Below are positions 1 to 6,961 of a stretch of 32,000 bases of DNA, in pieces. The translations under genes and the position numbers were made by a program. The stretch is from Nitrosococcus oceani ATCC 19707 (GTDB taxonomy: Bacteria > Pseudomonadota > Gammaproteobacteria > Nitrosococcales > Nitrosococcaceae). Under the pieces are notes generated by a model. It had not been told where the DNA came from, ran no database searches, and was given only the letters and a program-made list of their open reading frames with translations. Numbering within the stretch: the first letter of the stretch is position 1; each line of letters begins with the position of its first letter. The stretch covers positions 450,001 through 482,000 of the forward strand of contig NC_007484.1 in the NCBI RefSeq assembly GCF_000012805.1, written 5' to 3'.

Positions 1-14
1 CTAGTGGAGGTGGG

Positions 15-1019
15 ATGACTGGAGTCCGGATTGATGATGCCCTTGCCGATTGGGGAAATTTGGCTAAGGAGAATTGGCAGTCTCTGCTGCTTGGTAATGG
101 ATTCAGTATTAACGTATGGAGTGGTTTCAACTACGACAGCCTTCTTCAGGTTGCACGACAAGATGACCTTGAGCATCAGCTAAACGAAGAATCCGTGACT
201 CTATTTGATCATGTCGGAAGTTCAAATTTCGAGGACGTCTTGCGAATACTTTTCCACGCCAGGATGGTTGACGAGCAACTCGGGAGACCTCAAGGGGATG
301 AAATTGAAGCGATTTATCAGAACACGAAACGTGCTTTGGCAGATGCCGTCAATTACTCTCATGTCGCATACGGTCAGTTCAACGCTGCGGCGATAAACGA
401 ACAGTTGGGTGGCTACGATGATGTGTTCACGACCAACTACGACTTGATCCCATATTGGTCAATAATGCACGAAGGTGTGGATCGGTTTCGGGACTTTTTT
501 TGGGGTGCTGACGGGGTTTTTGAGTTATGCAACACTGAGGTATTCCCTAGGCGTACAAAGATTCATTACCTCCATGGGGCCATTCACTTAGTTGAACTTC
601 CGGATGGTCGCACGAAGAAGCTGGCGACAAATCAAAACGGCAATTTGCTCGAATTGTTTGATCTTAATGCGAGGGATCAATTCCCTCTCTTTATTTCTGA
701 GGGACATTGGCAACAGAAATTGTCTCGAATATGTAAAAATGACTATCTACGGTTCTGCTTTTCGAATCTGAGCGGTCTAGAAGGTAATGCTGTAATTATT
801 GGGCACTCCCTGCATCGCGACTACGATCAACATATCATCGATGCGATTTCTCAAAGCTCAGTGGACAGATTGGCTATTGGTGTTTGGCCGCACCAGCGCG
901 CTGAGGTCATCCTGGATTTCAAGGCTCGAATCATAGAGCAGTTGCATCAGAAGTCATTGGACTTTTTCGATTCTGAATCTCACCCCCTGGGATCTGAGGT
1001 TTTACGTGTCGAGAAATAA
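15..1019 (+). CDS. SIR2-like NADase-fold protein (DUF4917-type), single-gene cassette
   Basis: 334-aa ORF. Motifs LLLGNGFS (aa 24-31), FTTNYD (aa 138-143) and YLHG (aa 185-188) correspond to the glycine loop, catalytic Asn and catalytic His of SIR2-like enzymes. Size and motifs fit my recollection of Pfam DUF4917. The TAA stop lies inside the attC R'' box. Confidence 0.7.
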   Translation: MTGVRIDDALADWGNLAKENWQSLLLGNGFSINVWSGFNYDSLLQVARQDDLEHQLNEESVTLFDHVGSSNFEDVLRILFHARMVDEQLGRPQGDEIEAIYQNTKRALADAVNYSHVAYGQFNAAAINEQLGGYDDVFTTNYDLIPYWSIMHEGVDRFRDFFWGADGVFELCNTEVFPRRTKIHYLHGAIHLVELPDGRTKKLATNQNGNLLELFDLNARDQFPLFISEGHWQQKLSRICKNDYLRFCFSNLSGLEGNAVIIGHSLHRDYDQHIIDAISQSSVDRLAIGVWPHQRAEVILDFKARIIEQLHQKSLDFFDSESHPLGSEVLRVEK

Positions 1020-1061
1020 CAAATCGTTGCAGCGGACAAGCCGCTGAATGCGGCGTTAGAG
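1014..1061 (+). other. attC recombination site (short)
   Basis: R'' AATAAC (1015-1020), L''-like GTTGCAG, central stem CAGCGG/CCGCTG, R' GTTAGAG (1055-1061). The following TTAGAG complements the CTCTAA of the next attC. Confidence 0.6.
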
Positions 1062-1069
1062 AAGTGAAT

Positions 1070-1612
1070 ATGTCACAAGCAAAGAGCTCGTTTGAGCATG
1101 GAATAAAAGACGCAGAAGAGCTGCTTGCTCATTTCGATGCGATCAACTGCAATCCGCCTCCAGCAAATGCTGAGGTGCTAAAGCGAGCTGGTTTGGTCAT
1201 GGCTCTGACAGCGTGGGAAACATACGTTGAAGACCGTATCACAGAGGCCATGGATAAACGTCTCAATGTCGTCTCGGGTAGCTACGTTGGGGAGTTTATA
1301 CAGAAAAAACTCCAACAAGAGCTGAAGCAGTTCCATAACCCAACCTCAGACAAGACCAAAAAGATCTTTCAGGATTATCTTGGATTAGACGTTACTTCAG
1401 CATGGTTTTGGGCGAACGTAACCCCGGAAAAGGCTCGAAAATCCCTAAATCAGTGGATTTCAAAGCGCGGAGACGCCGTTCATCGTTCGAAGCCAATCAA
1501 TAATGGATCGTCGGCCGCCCATTTGATTAAGAAAGATGAGTTGGAGAAGGTAATCAGATTCCTACGGGAGTTGGTTCGTGCAACGGATGATTATCTTGAG
1601 CAAAATCTCTAA
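1070..1612 (+). CDS. HEPN-domain protein (predicted RNase), single-gene cassette
   Basis: ORF with ATG at 1070 (GTG at 1064 is an alternative start). C-terminal RGDAVH is an R-x4-H HEPN motif (R135/H140 in the 182-aa numbering). The TAA stop lies inside R'' CTCTAAC. Confidence 0.65.
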   Translation: MSQAKSSFEHGIKDAEELLAHFDAINCNPPPANAEVLKRAGLVMALTAWETYVEDRITEAMDKRLNVVSGSYVGEFIQKKLQQELKQFHNPTSDKTKKIFQDYLGLDVTSAWFWANVTPEKARKSLNQWISKRGDAVHRSKPINNGSSAAHLIKKDELEKVIRFLRELVRATDDYLEQNL

Positions 1613-1684
1613 CAATTCGCATCAGTACGCTGTCTTCGGACGCCAGACGTCCCTGACGGGCCGCCGCTGTGCTCCGCGTTATAT
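1607..1684 (+). other. attC recombination site
   Basis: R'' CTCTAAC (1607-1613), central stem GGACG/CGTCC, R' GTTATAT (1678-1684). Confidence 0.6.
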
Positions 1685-1695
1685 ATGATAGAACC

Positions 1696-2286
1696 ATGAA
1701 AGCTTTGTCTATCGAAGAAATTGAGTCGGCTCGTGCAAAGCTGTTGAGTAACGCAGAGAGTCTATTTGCGGAATCTCAGCTCTTATATAAACACGGTTTC
1801 TTTCCACGAGCCTACTGTTTGGCGCATTTGTGTTGCGAGGAATTAGCAAAAATACCAATGTTGGTTGGTGCGGGCTTGGATCTTGTTAACGGCGAAGAAG
1901 TTGACTGGGAAAAGCTGCATCACCGCTTGAAGAGGCACCAGGATAAGATCAACGCAATGCACGTTCATGATTATTTTCAAAGCGAAATTAGAGCTGATGA
2001 CTCTGATGTCAGGGAACATGAGGCTGCATTAAAAACCACGCCTCACCTCAACGACATGAAAAATAACAGCCTTTACGCTGGTTTGGTTGATAGTGTCTTT
2101 AGAGAACCTAGAGAGGTCGTTACTCAAGACGACGCAATAAAGCTTATGAACATCACCCATGAACGGTTGAAATATATCCAGGCTGTTGAACAGGTTTCTT
2201 TGGGGAAAATATCTACCTCGAAAACAGGAGCCAAGATGAGGCGATTTTTGAAAGAATATAACAAGTTACGGAAGGCAGACGCGTGA
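1696..2286 (+). CDS. AbiV-like (HEPN-type) abortive-infection family protein, single-gene cassette
   Basis: ATG at 1696 is preferred; the track start at 1669 is non-ATG and lies inside the attC. The N-terminal segment NAESLFAESQLLYKHGFFPRAYCLAHLCCEELAKIPML resembles AbiV-family proteins. Its ~196 aa is similar in size to lactococcal AbiV. Confidence 0.6.
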   Translation: MKALSIEEIESARAKLLSNAESLFAESQLLYKHGFFPRAYCLAHLCCEELAKIPMLVGAGLDLVNGEEVDWEKLHHRLKRHQDKINAMHVHDYFQSEIRADDSDVREHEAALKTTPHLNDMKNNSLYAGLVDSVFREPREVVTQDDAIKLMNITHERLKYIQAVEQVSLGKISTSKTGAKMRRFLKEYNKLRKADA

Positions 2287-2287
2287 G

Positions 2288-2393
2288 ACGCACCGCTACG
2301 CGTCGCGAACAACCGTTCGACTGGCAGAACCTCCTGCATAATCAGACGCCGTACGCCTATGTATGCAGGAGAACCCGCCCGTCAACTCCCCGA
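2288..2393 (+). repeat. attC subfamily copy A
   Basis: R'' CGCGAAC (2304-2310), spacer AACC, L'' GTTCGAC, 9-bp stem CTCCTGCAT/ATGCAGGAG, L' CGTCAAC, spacer TCCCCG, then A|TTATGTG. Alignable with 2929-3043 and 6962-7076. Confidence 0.55.
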
Positions 2394-2412
2394 TTATGTG
2401 CTAGGAGAAAAA

Positions 2413-2760
2413 ATGAGTTTCATTAATACAGAAGTTATCCGAGGCATTACTGGTGTATCTGAGGAAGATCAGGCATCGATAAAGTCATTTTTGCAAGGTG
2501 CTGTCTACTGTTGGTGTAAAAATCGTAAGGATGAGTGGTTCTCTCTTCGAGATCTAATGGGCGGTGAAAATTTCTATTGGCAAGGAACTCCATTAATTTC
2601 TTTGTACGAAAAACACGAAGCTAAAGGTAGTGAGGATCCTGTAAAAGATGCAGGCAAAGATGCTGGGTGGTTACTTAAAGCTGTAATTGGTTCAGATCTA
2701 AGGCAGTTTGATACTAAAAAAGAAGACCTTATTCGTAAGTATCGTTGGGCTGGTGAGTAA
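2413..2760 (+). CDS. hypothetical protein (cassette-borne, 115 aa)
   Basis: ATG at 2413 is preceded by AGGAG; the upstream part of track ORF 2359 lies in the attC repeat. No recognisable motif. The cassette ends are supported by TTATGTG / CACATAA complementarity. Confidence 0.55.
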   Translation: MSFINTEVIRGITGVSEEDQASIKSFLQGAVYCWCKNRKDEWFSLRDLMGGENFYWQGTPLISLYEKHEAKGSEDPVKDAGKDAGWLLKAVIGSDLRQFDTKKEDLIRKYRWAGE

Positions 2761-2762
2761 CG

Positions 2763-2851
2763 CACATAACAAAGCATTTAAGAGTGATTCTCAACGCTTA
2801 GCACCTTTCATTCCATCGTTGAGTTTCGTGTTTAAGGCGCAATGGTTAAGG
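2763..2851 (+). other. attC recombination site
   Basis: R'' CACATAAC (2763-2770), central stem CTCAACG/CGTTGAG with near-symmetric arms, R' GTTAAGG (2845-2851). Confidence 0.5.
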
Positions 2852-2923
2852 TGTGGTGGCGGCGTTGCTCACACCTTAATGCGGCGTTCGCGCCGCTGCG
2901 CGGCGCGGATCGGGGAGTTGATT
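2846..2923 (+). other. ORF-less mini-cassette consisting essentially of an attC
   Basis: It starts with TTAAGGTGTG (2846-2855), whose exact reverse complement CACACCTTAA is at 2870-2879 (R''-like but ending AAT, not AAC). Then spacer GCGGC, L'' GTTCGCG, 7-bp stem GCGCCGC/GCGGCGC, spacer CGGGGA and R' GTTGATT (2917-2923). Confidence 0.4.
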
Positions 2924-2928
2924 ACGCT

Positions 2929-3043
2929 AAACGGCTGCCCGCGCTGCTACGCGTCGCGAACAACCGTTCGATTGGCGGAACCACCTGCATTATCAGATGC
3001 CGCACATCTATTACCCAGGAGAACCCGCCCGTCAACTCCCCGA
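2929..3043 (+). repeat. attC subfamily copy B (forms a second ORF-less unit with 2917-2928)
   Basis: Alignable with copies A and C. R'' CGCGAAC (2955-2961), L'' GTTCGAT, hairpin AGATG-N5-CATCT, L' CGTCAAC, spacer TCCCCG, then A|TTAGGTTC (3043/3044). Confidence 0.55.
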
Positions 3044-3051
3044 TTAGGTTC

Positions 3052-3477
3052 ATGAACAGAGAGGAGCGGATAGCCAGATTGAAAGAGCTACGCGTAGAAA
3101 GGCGGGAGGGTCCGCTCTTTCAATCAGCTAATGACTGTATGCAATGGATTGACAATGTTGCACCATTACTAAGGTACGACCGCAATCATTACGACAACTT
3201 TATGGGTCACGCGAAATATGTAAGGGTTACGAATCTTTCTGCTGATCTTCTCATGGCCCACCTAAATCCTATGATCGGCATCGTGAACCAAGCGATCGGG
3301 GAACTAGAGAATGATTTCGAGCCAGAACATGACGTTGAAACGAAAGTGGTGGTAACTAGTAACGATCATCAGTGGTACCAAAAACCAACGGGATTGATCG
3401 CTATAGGAGTGATTATTGTCGTGCTTGGAGCATGCGCAATCTGGATACTTAACCACTATTTCGATATTGGCCTATGA
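3052..3477 (+). CDS. hypothetical protein with C-terminal transmembrane helix (141 aa, cassette-borne)
   Basis: ATG at 3052 lies directly after the cassette junction; the upstream part of track ORF 2842 crosses attC repeats. The C-terminal LIAIGVIIVVLGACAIWIL is hydrophobic helix-like. Cassette ends are supported by TTAGGTTC / GAACCTAA. Confidence 0.55.
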   Translation: MNREERIARLKELRVERREGPLFQSANDCMQWIDNVAPLLRYDRNHYDNFMGHAKYVRVTNLSADLLMAHLNPMIGIVNQAIGELENDFEPEHDVETKVVVTSNDHQWYQKPTGLIAIGVIIVVLGACAIWILNHYFDIGL

Positions 3478-3574
3478 ACCTAACAATGCGCTGCAGCCGA
3501 CCCTTGGCCGCTCCCTCCCTTCCCTACCGCTTCGGTCAGTCGCCCTCAAGTGCGGCTGAGCTTAGACGTTAGAA
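3478..3574 (+). other. attC recombination site
   Basis: R'' ACCTAAC (3478-3484) followed by AATGCGCTGCAGCCGAC. The right arm GCGGCTGAGC...AGAC is complementary. R' GTTAGAA (3568-3574). Confidence 0.65.
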
Positions 3575-3623
3575 GCAGAACAAGCCTTGCGATCTTCGCC
3601 AAAAAGGTATAATTTCTATACCA

Positions 3624-3887
3624 ATGTACACCTTCGAATTTGATGAGCGAAAGAGCAACGGCAATCGGCGCAAACACGGCATCGATTTCGTCGAAGCCCA
3701 AGCGCTTTGGAGCGATCCCTATCTCATGGAAATCCCAGCGTTAACGTCCGATGAAGAGCGTTTTCTGGTAATCGGCAAAATCGAAGGGAAGCACTGGTCG
3801 GCGGTCATTACGCCCCGAAATGGCAACATCCGAATAATCTCGGTGCGCCGCTCACGGGTTGAAGAGGTAGCAATTTATGAAGGCTAA
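3624..3887 (+). CDS. brnT: BrnT-family toxin (DUF497)
   Basis: 87 aa. FEFDERKSNGNRRKHGIDFVEA...IRIISVRRSR is typical of BrnT. It overlaps the downstream antitoxin gene by 11 nt. Confidence 0.8.
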   Translation: MYTFEFDERKSNGNRRKHGIDFVEAQALWSDPYLMEIPALTSDEERFLVIGKIEGKHWSAVITPRNGNIRIISVRRSRVEEVAIYEG

Positions 3888-4110
3888 GAGCTTTGATGCG
3901 AAATTCGAGAAAGGCGAAGATGTCACCAAATCCTTGGATCTGTCCAAAGCGCGGAGGCCCCTTCAAGAACAGCGCAGGGTAAATGTCGATTTTCCGGCTT
4001 GGATGGTCGAATCCCTGGATCGGGAGGCAGGGCGTTTGGGTGTTACGCGGCAATCGGTAATTAAAGTTTGGTTGGCTGAGCGCCTTGAGCAAATAGCTTC
4101 TAACAAGTAG
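3877..4110 (+). CDS. brnA: BrnA-family antitoxin (RHH)
   Basis: 77 aa. RVNVDFPAWMVESLDREAGRLGVTRQSVIKVWLAERL is a BrnA-type ribbon-helix-helix C-terminus. Paired with brnT. Confidence 0.75.
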   Translation: MKAKSFDAKFEKGEDVTKSLDLSKARRPLQEQRRVNVDFPAWMVESLDREAGRLGVTRQSVIKVWLAERLEQIASNK

Positions 4111-4143
4111 TTCCAGCGGACCCCAAAGTCGCTTCAATTACTG
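4098..4143 (+). other. degenerate attC of the BrnTA cassette
   Basis: R'' TTCTAAC (4098-4104) matches the cassette start TTAGAAGC. L'' GTTCCAG follows, but the right half is poor and the only R'-like box is ATTACTG (4137-4143), with A instead of G. Confidence 0.3.
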
Positions 4144-4434
4144 GATGAAGAACTTTATTCACCATGACCAGGGTAAGAAATCCGACAAGTAAAAGCTTAT
4201 TGCATGGCTTGAGTCAGATCATGGATATGTACAAGTTGCTGAAGATTATCAAATCTTCTTGCAAATGGTTCAATTACTGAAAGAGCAAGGTTACGATACA
4301 CAACCAGCACCAACAGAAGCTGAGTTTGTTACTGCCTGCAAAAGAGGCTTGGCGAGAGAATTCAGGGCATAGATGCTGAACTATTTAACTGTTAGGTATC
4401 GCGCGGTTTGCTGCCGTAGATTGAATTTGTAAAC

Positions 4435-4638
4435 ATGGCAAGAAAAATTAGAGAGCTTGTCCAAGATCTAAAAGAAGTTGGGTTTTACGAAATTTCAGGT
4501 GGCGGTAAAGGATCGCATCGCAAATTTACGCATACCAAGTATGCCGGTGCCGTGACGCTCAGCGGAAAGTCTGGTGACGACGCGAAACCTTATCAAGAAA
4601 AGCAGGTGAAACAAGCCATAGAAACGGTGAAGAAATGA
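4435..4638 (+). CDS. hicA: HicA-family toxin
   Basis: 67 aa with a GSHRKFTH motif. 4-nt overlap with the downstream hicB. Confidence 0.75.
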   Translation: MARKIRELVQDLKEVGFYEISGGGKGSHRKFTHTKYAGAVTLSGKSGDDAKPYQEKQVKQAIETVKK

Positions 4639-4856
4639 AAAAGATCGATCAGTATCATAAATGGGTTGAGTGGAGCGAAGAAGATCAAACTTATATTGGA
4701 AAATGCCCTGACTTGATTACAGGAATTCACGGAGATGATCCAGTAAGACTATACGGTGAATTATGTGAGGTTGTTGAAGATGTTATTCGTCATTTCGAAG
4801 AAGAGGGGTATGCACTTCCTAGTCCTCGCATTCGACCGATGCAGGAAGTAGGGTAA
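4635..4856 (+). CDS. hicB: HicB-family antitoxin
   Basis: 73 aa. WSEEDQTYIGKCPDLITGIHGDDP...EEEGYALPSP matches the HicB N-terminal domain pattern. Coupled to hicA. Confidence 0.7.
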   Translation: MKKIDQYHKWVEWSEEDQTYIGKCPDLITGIHGDDPVRLYGELCEVVEDVIRHFEEEGYALPSPRIRPMQEVG

Positions 4857-4905
4857 ATCTTTAAATAAACGGCAAGTGAGTAAAAGGTTGTTCCGGAGGA
4901 CAAAT

Positions 4906-4956
4906 GCCTAACCCGGCGCTCAACTCGGACGCCTCCTTCGTCGGCGCCGGTTAGCT
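4906..4956 (+). other. attC recombination site
   Basis: R'' GCCTAAC (4906-4912), CCGGCGC pairing with GGCGCCGG, R' GTTAGCT (4950-4956). The cassette start TTAGGTAT at 4392 complements R'' at 7 of 9 positions. Confidence 0.65.
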
Positions 4957-4993
4957 TGGTCGTTATGCAATCAACCAGAAAGGAGTACATCCC

Positions 4994-5455
4994 ATGAAAA
5001 AAGCAATATTGGCTATAGTTGCAAGCATTTTTATCTCTGGCATTGTTCAAGCAGAGGAATATCTGCATGGCCAGTCTGGAACTTCTTATCGAAATATCGG
5101 GGGTACAACCTATGGCTCAGATGGAACGAGCTATAGAGGCATCGGCAACACCATCTACGGCTCTGATGGCAGTTCATCCAGGAGAATTGGCAATAGCACA
5201 TATAACTCCGATGGTTCGTCCTCAAGGCAAATCGGGAACACTCTGTATAATTCAGACGGTAGCACTGTACGCCGCAGTGCGCAGCTACGTCGAGTTTTAC
5301 AACCGCTACCGCCTTCACTCGCCTTTGGGGTATCGTTCACCCATGGAGTTCGAAGTCGATCAATCCACCACAATGGTGTCCACTTTTGCGTAGGAACTTT
5401 CCAGCAAAAAGCAGAGCGACGAGGAACGGGGAACGGCGCTTTTTGCTGCCGGTGA
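4994..5455 (+). pseudogene. signal-peptide repeat protein, 3' end replaced by an IS remnant
   Basis: N-terminal signal peptide MKKAILAIVASIFISGIVQA, then about five ~17-aa repeats (G.T.YGSDG.S.R.IGN). The repeat pattern breaks at ~5266, where another frame starts to encode a transposase C-terminus. Confidence 0.55.
5267..5455 (+). mobile_element. IS3-family transposase 3' remnant
   Basis: The frame ending at 5393 reads VRSYVEFYNRYRLHSPLGYRSPMEFE, the conserved end of IS3-family OrfB (rve) transposases. No upstream transposase sequence is present. An 11-bp inverted repeat AGCAAAAAGC...GCTTTTTGCT follows. Confidence 0.6.
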
Positions 5456-5464
5456 TGCGTGGCG

Positions 5465-5866
5465 TTATGTTTTTGGTTGAAACTGCTCCAGATTTAAATA
5501 GTCCGCGAAAGGGGCAAAGTCTTTGTCAGAAAATAGCAGCTGAAATCTGTTCTCAATGCAAAATGTAGCAATTATAAGGTCGGCAGTTTTCCTGATGGTA
5601 ATTCCCTTTTTTCTCAGAAATCGATAATTATCGGCACACTTGTCAACCATATGGTGACCAAATAACTCGTACTGGTCGAGTGTGGTCAGAGTGCGCTTTG
5701 CTTTTTTATATTCGCTATCTTCGCGAAACCCCTGGAGTATCTCCAAAAGAATTAGATCCCCCATGGCAATGGTCCCTTCATCCAGCGCAAAATCAAGGAG
5801 ATCAGTTTTTTCGTTTACTGCACCGTTGAAGTAATCTATCCAAACACCGGTATCGGCAAGAATCAC
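5465..5866 (-). CDS. vapC: VapC-family PIN-domain toxin
   Basis: 133 aa. The N-terminal ILADTGVWIDYF and the rest fit a PIN-domain pattern. 4-nt overlap with the upstream antitoxin. Confidence 0.8.
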   Translation of the reverse strand: MILADTGVWIDYFNGAVNEKTDLLDFALDEGTIAMGDLILLEILQGFREDSEYKKAKRTLTTLDQYELFGHHMVDKCADNYRFLRKKGITIRKTADLIIATFCIENRFQLLFSDKDFAPFADYLNLEQFQPKT

Positions 5867-6057
5867 TTGCCGCCTCTCAGCTCTTCTAAATCACCTTCCC
5901 AATGCAATTTACCCCGCAGCTTACGGATAGCCTGTTGCTTATTCCGCTTAACCAGTAGTTTGAGACCTTCTTCCACGGCTTCCTTTTTGGTTCTTAAACC
6001 GGTAGCTTTTAAAGCCTCTGCCATCAATTTATCGTCAATTACAATATTTGTTCTCAT
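5863..6057 (-). CDS. vapB: VapB-family antitoxin
   Basis: Start at MRTNIVIDDKLMAEALKATGL (internal ATG of track ORF 5863..6141), typical of short VapB antitoxins. Coupled to vapC. Confidence 0.7.
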   Translation of the reverse strand: MRTNIVIDDKLMAEALKATGLRTKKEAVEEGLKLLVKRNKQQAIRKLRGKLHWEGDLEELRGGK

Positions 6058-6172
6058 GGGAGTATGTGTATAATTAGTTAATAAATACACATTATACAGT
6101 GAAGCAAAAATAAATCCACAACATACCGCAGCCGGGCTCATTCATCCACGGGTAAACCCGTGGTGTTCTGTC

Positions 6173-6445
6173 TTGCGACCGCATATTAGATCAGCCAGAA
6201 ACAAATTCGCTCATTTCTGCTGGTCACGGAGTAATGACGATGAAATCTTCGGCACAAACTTCTCCGGAGGCATCCCTGAAGGGAATAAGCATAGAAGGGG
6301 CTTTGTTTCCTACACTGTAGCTGAGCTTGCTGAGTTCCATCATAAAGCATACGAAATTTTTGATGTATTATCAGAGTTAATCCAATGCTTCTGGTCGTTA
6401 GACCTTGTATCTAGAGGGCGTAACCTACAAGGTTGCATACCGTAA
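6173..6445 (+). pseudogene. 5'-truncated HEPN-like gene fragment
   Basis: The open frame has no ATG (the track start is TTG). It contains RNKFAH (an RN-x3-H HEPN-type motif) near its beginning, so the N-terminal half of a domain is missing. Confidence 0.4.
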
Positions 6446-6466
6446 CCTCAGCGGTTACAATTCTTA

Positions 6467-6638
6467 ATGATTAGGAGTTTTGCTCACAAAGGCATGGAAC
6501 GGTTTTACCAAGCTAGTGGCAAGTCGGGCACTCAGGCGAAACATGCTACGCGACTGCGGCTAATCCTCTCTAACCTGGATGACGTTTCGCTTTGTGGGCC
6601 GTGATGCAGAAACTGTGAATTACGAAGATTACCACTGA
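6467..6638 (+). pseudogene. higB: higB toxin gene with internal deletion and frameshift
   Basis: MIRSFAHKGMERFYQASGKSGTQAKHATRLRLILSNLDD aligns with the N-terminus of the intact HigB at 25644-25922. FRFVGRDAETVNYEDYH* in another frame aligns with its C-terminus. The middle ~35 aa are missing. Confidence 0.7.
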
Positions 6639-6650
6639 CGAGGTTGGCTC

Positions 6651-6919
6651 ATGAATATGCATAATCCCGCTCATCCAGGCGAGTGGGGCTATCGGTCACT
6701 GAGGCTGCCCGTCATTTGGGCATAAGCCGAAAGACCCTTTCCAAGGTACTCAACGGTCGTGGTGTAATTACGCCGGAGATGGCGTTGCGGCTTGAAATGG
6801 CATTCGGCAAGCCGAATGCAGCACACTGGCTCAGGCTGCAAAACGCCTATGATCTCTGGCAAACCCGTCAGCATTGCGCCGATATGCACGTTACGCCTGT
6901 GAAAACCCATGTTGCTTAA
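6651..6919 (+). pseudogene. higA: higA antitoxin gene with 5' internal deletion and frameshift
   Basis: ATG at 6651 gives [11 protein letters not shown] (compare MAMHNPPHPGE at 25644), then runs out of frame. The HTH body [23 protein letters not shown]...PEMALRLE continues in the frame of track ORF 6683..6919, which has a GTG start. Confidence 0.6.
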
Positions 6920-6961
6920 TGCTTATGTTTGGCCTAACTCGGCGCTCCAGCCAACGGCGCC

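Noticed and set aside
2909-3044. MITE interpretation of copy B, based on 13-nt terminal inverted repeats ATCGGGGAGTTGA / TCAACTCCCCGAT
   Set aside because: Copies A and C lack the left terminus. The left repeat is explained as spacer plus R' of the adjacent mini-attC. No target-site duplication is visible. Retained only as an alternative within the finding.
2708-3055. ORFs 2708..3055, the 5' part of 2842..3477, and 6874..7106, which give similar peptides (…VRLAEPPA.SDA.HLLPR…)
   Set aside because: The similarity is a by-product of translating the repeated attC subfamily DNA. These ORFs cross predicted cassette junctions and lack ribosome-binding sites, so they are treated as non-coding.
4193-4372. 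59-codon open frame (KLIAWLESDHGYVQVAEDYQIFLQMVQLLKEQGYDTQPAPTEAEFVTACKRGLAREFRA*) in the cassette between BrnTA and HicAB
   Set aside because: It looks protein-like but has no in-frame ATG/GTG/TTG near its beginning. An overlapping 39-codon ATG frame (from 4164) suggests a frameshifted small gene. There is too little evidence to call a feature.
6441-6456. Tiny AAC/GTT palindromes: CCGTAAC-CTCAGC-GGTTACAA here, TTTAAC-T-GTTAGGT at 4385-4397, and AGTAAC-GTTTGGC-GTTATTG at 7105-7124
   Set aside because: They are too short to be functional attC sites. The first two are probably remnants of attC ends at cassette junctions; 4391-4397 does serve as the R' of the HicAB cassette start. The third, with its direct repeat GCGTTATT x2, may instead be a HigA operator. 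They are not reported as separate features.
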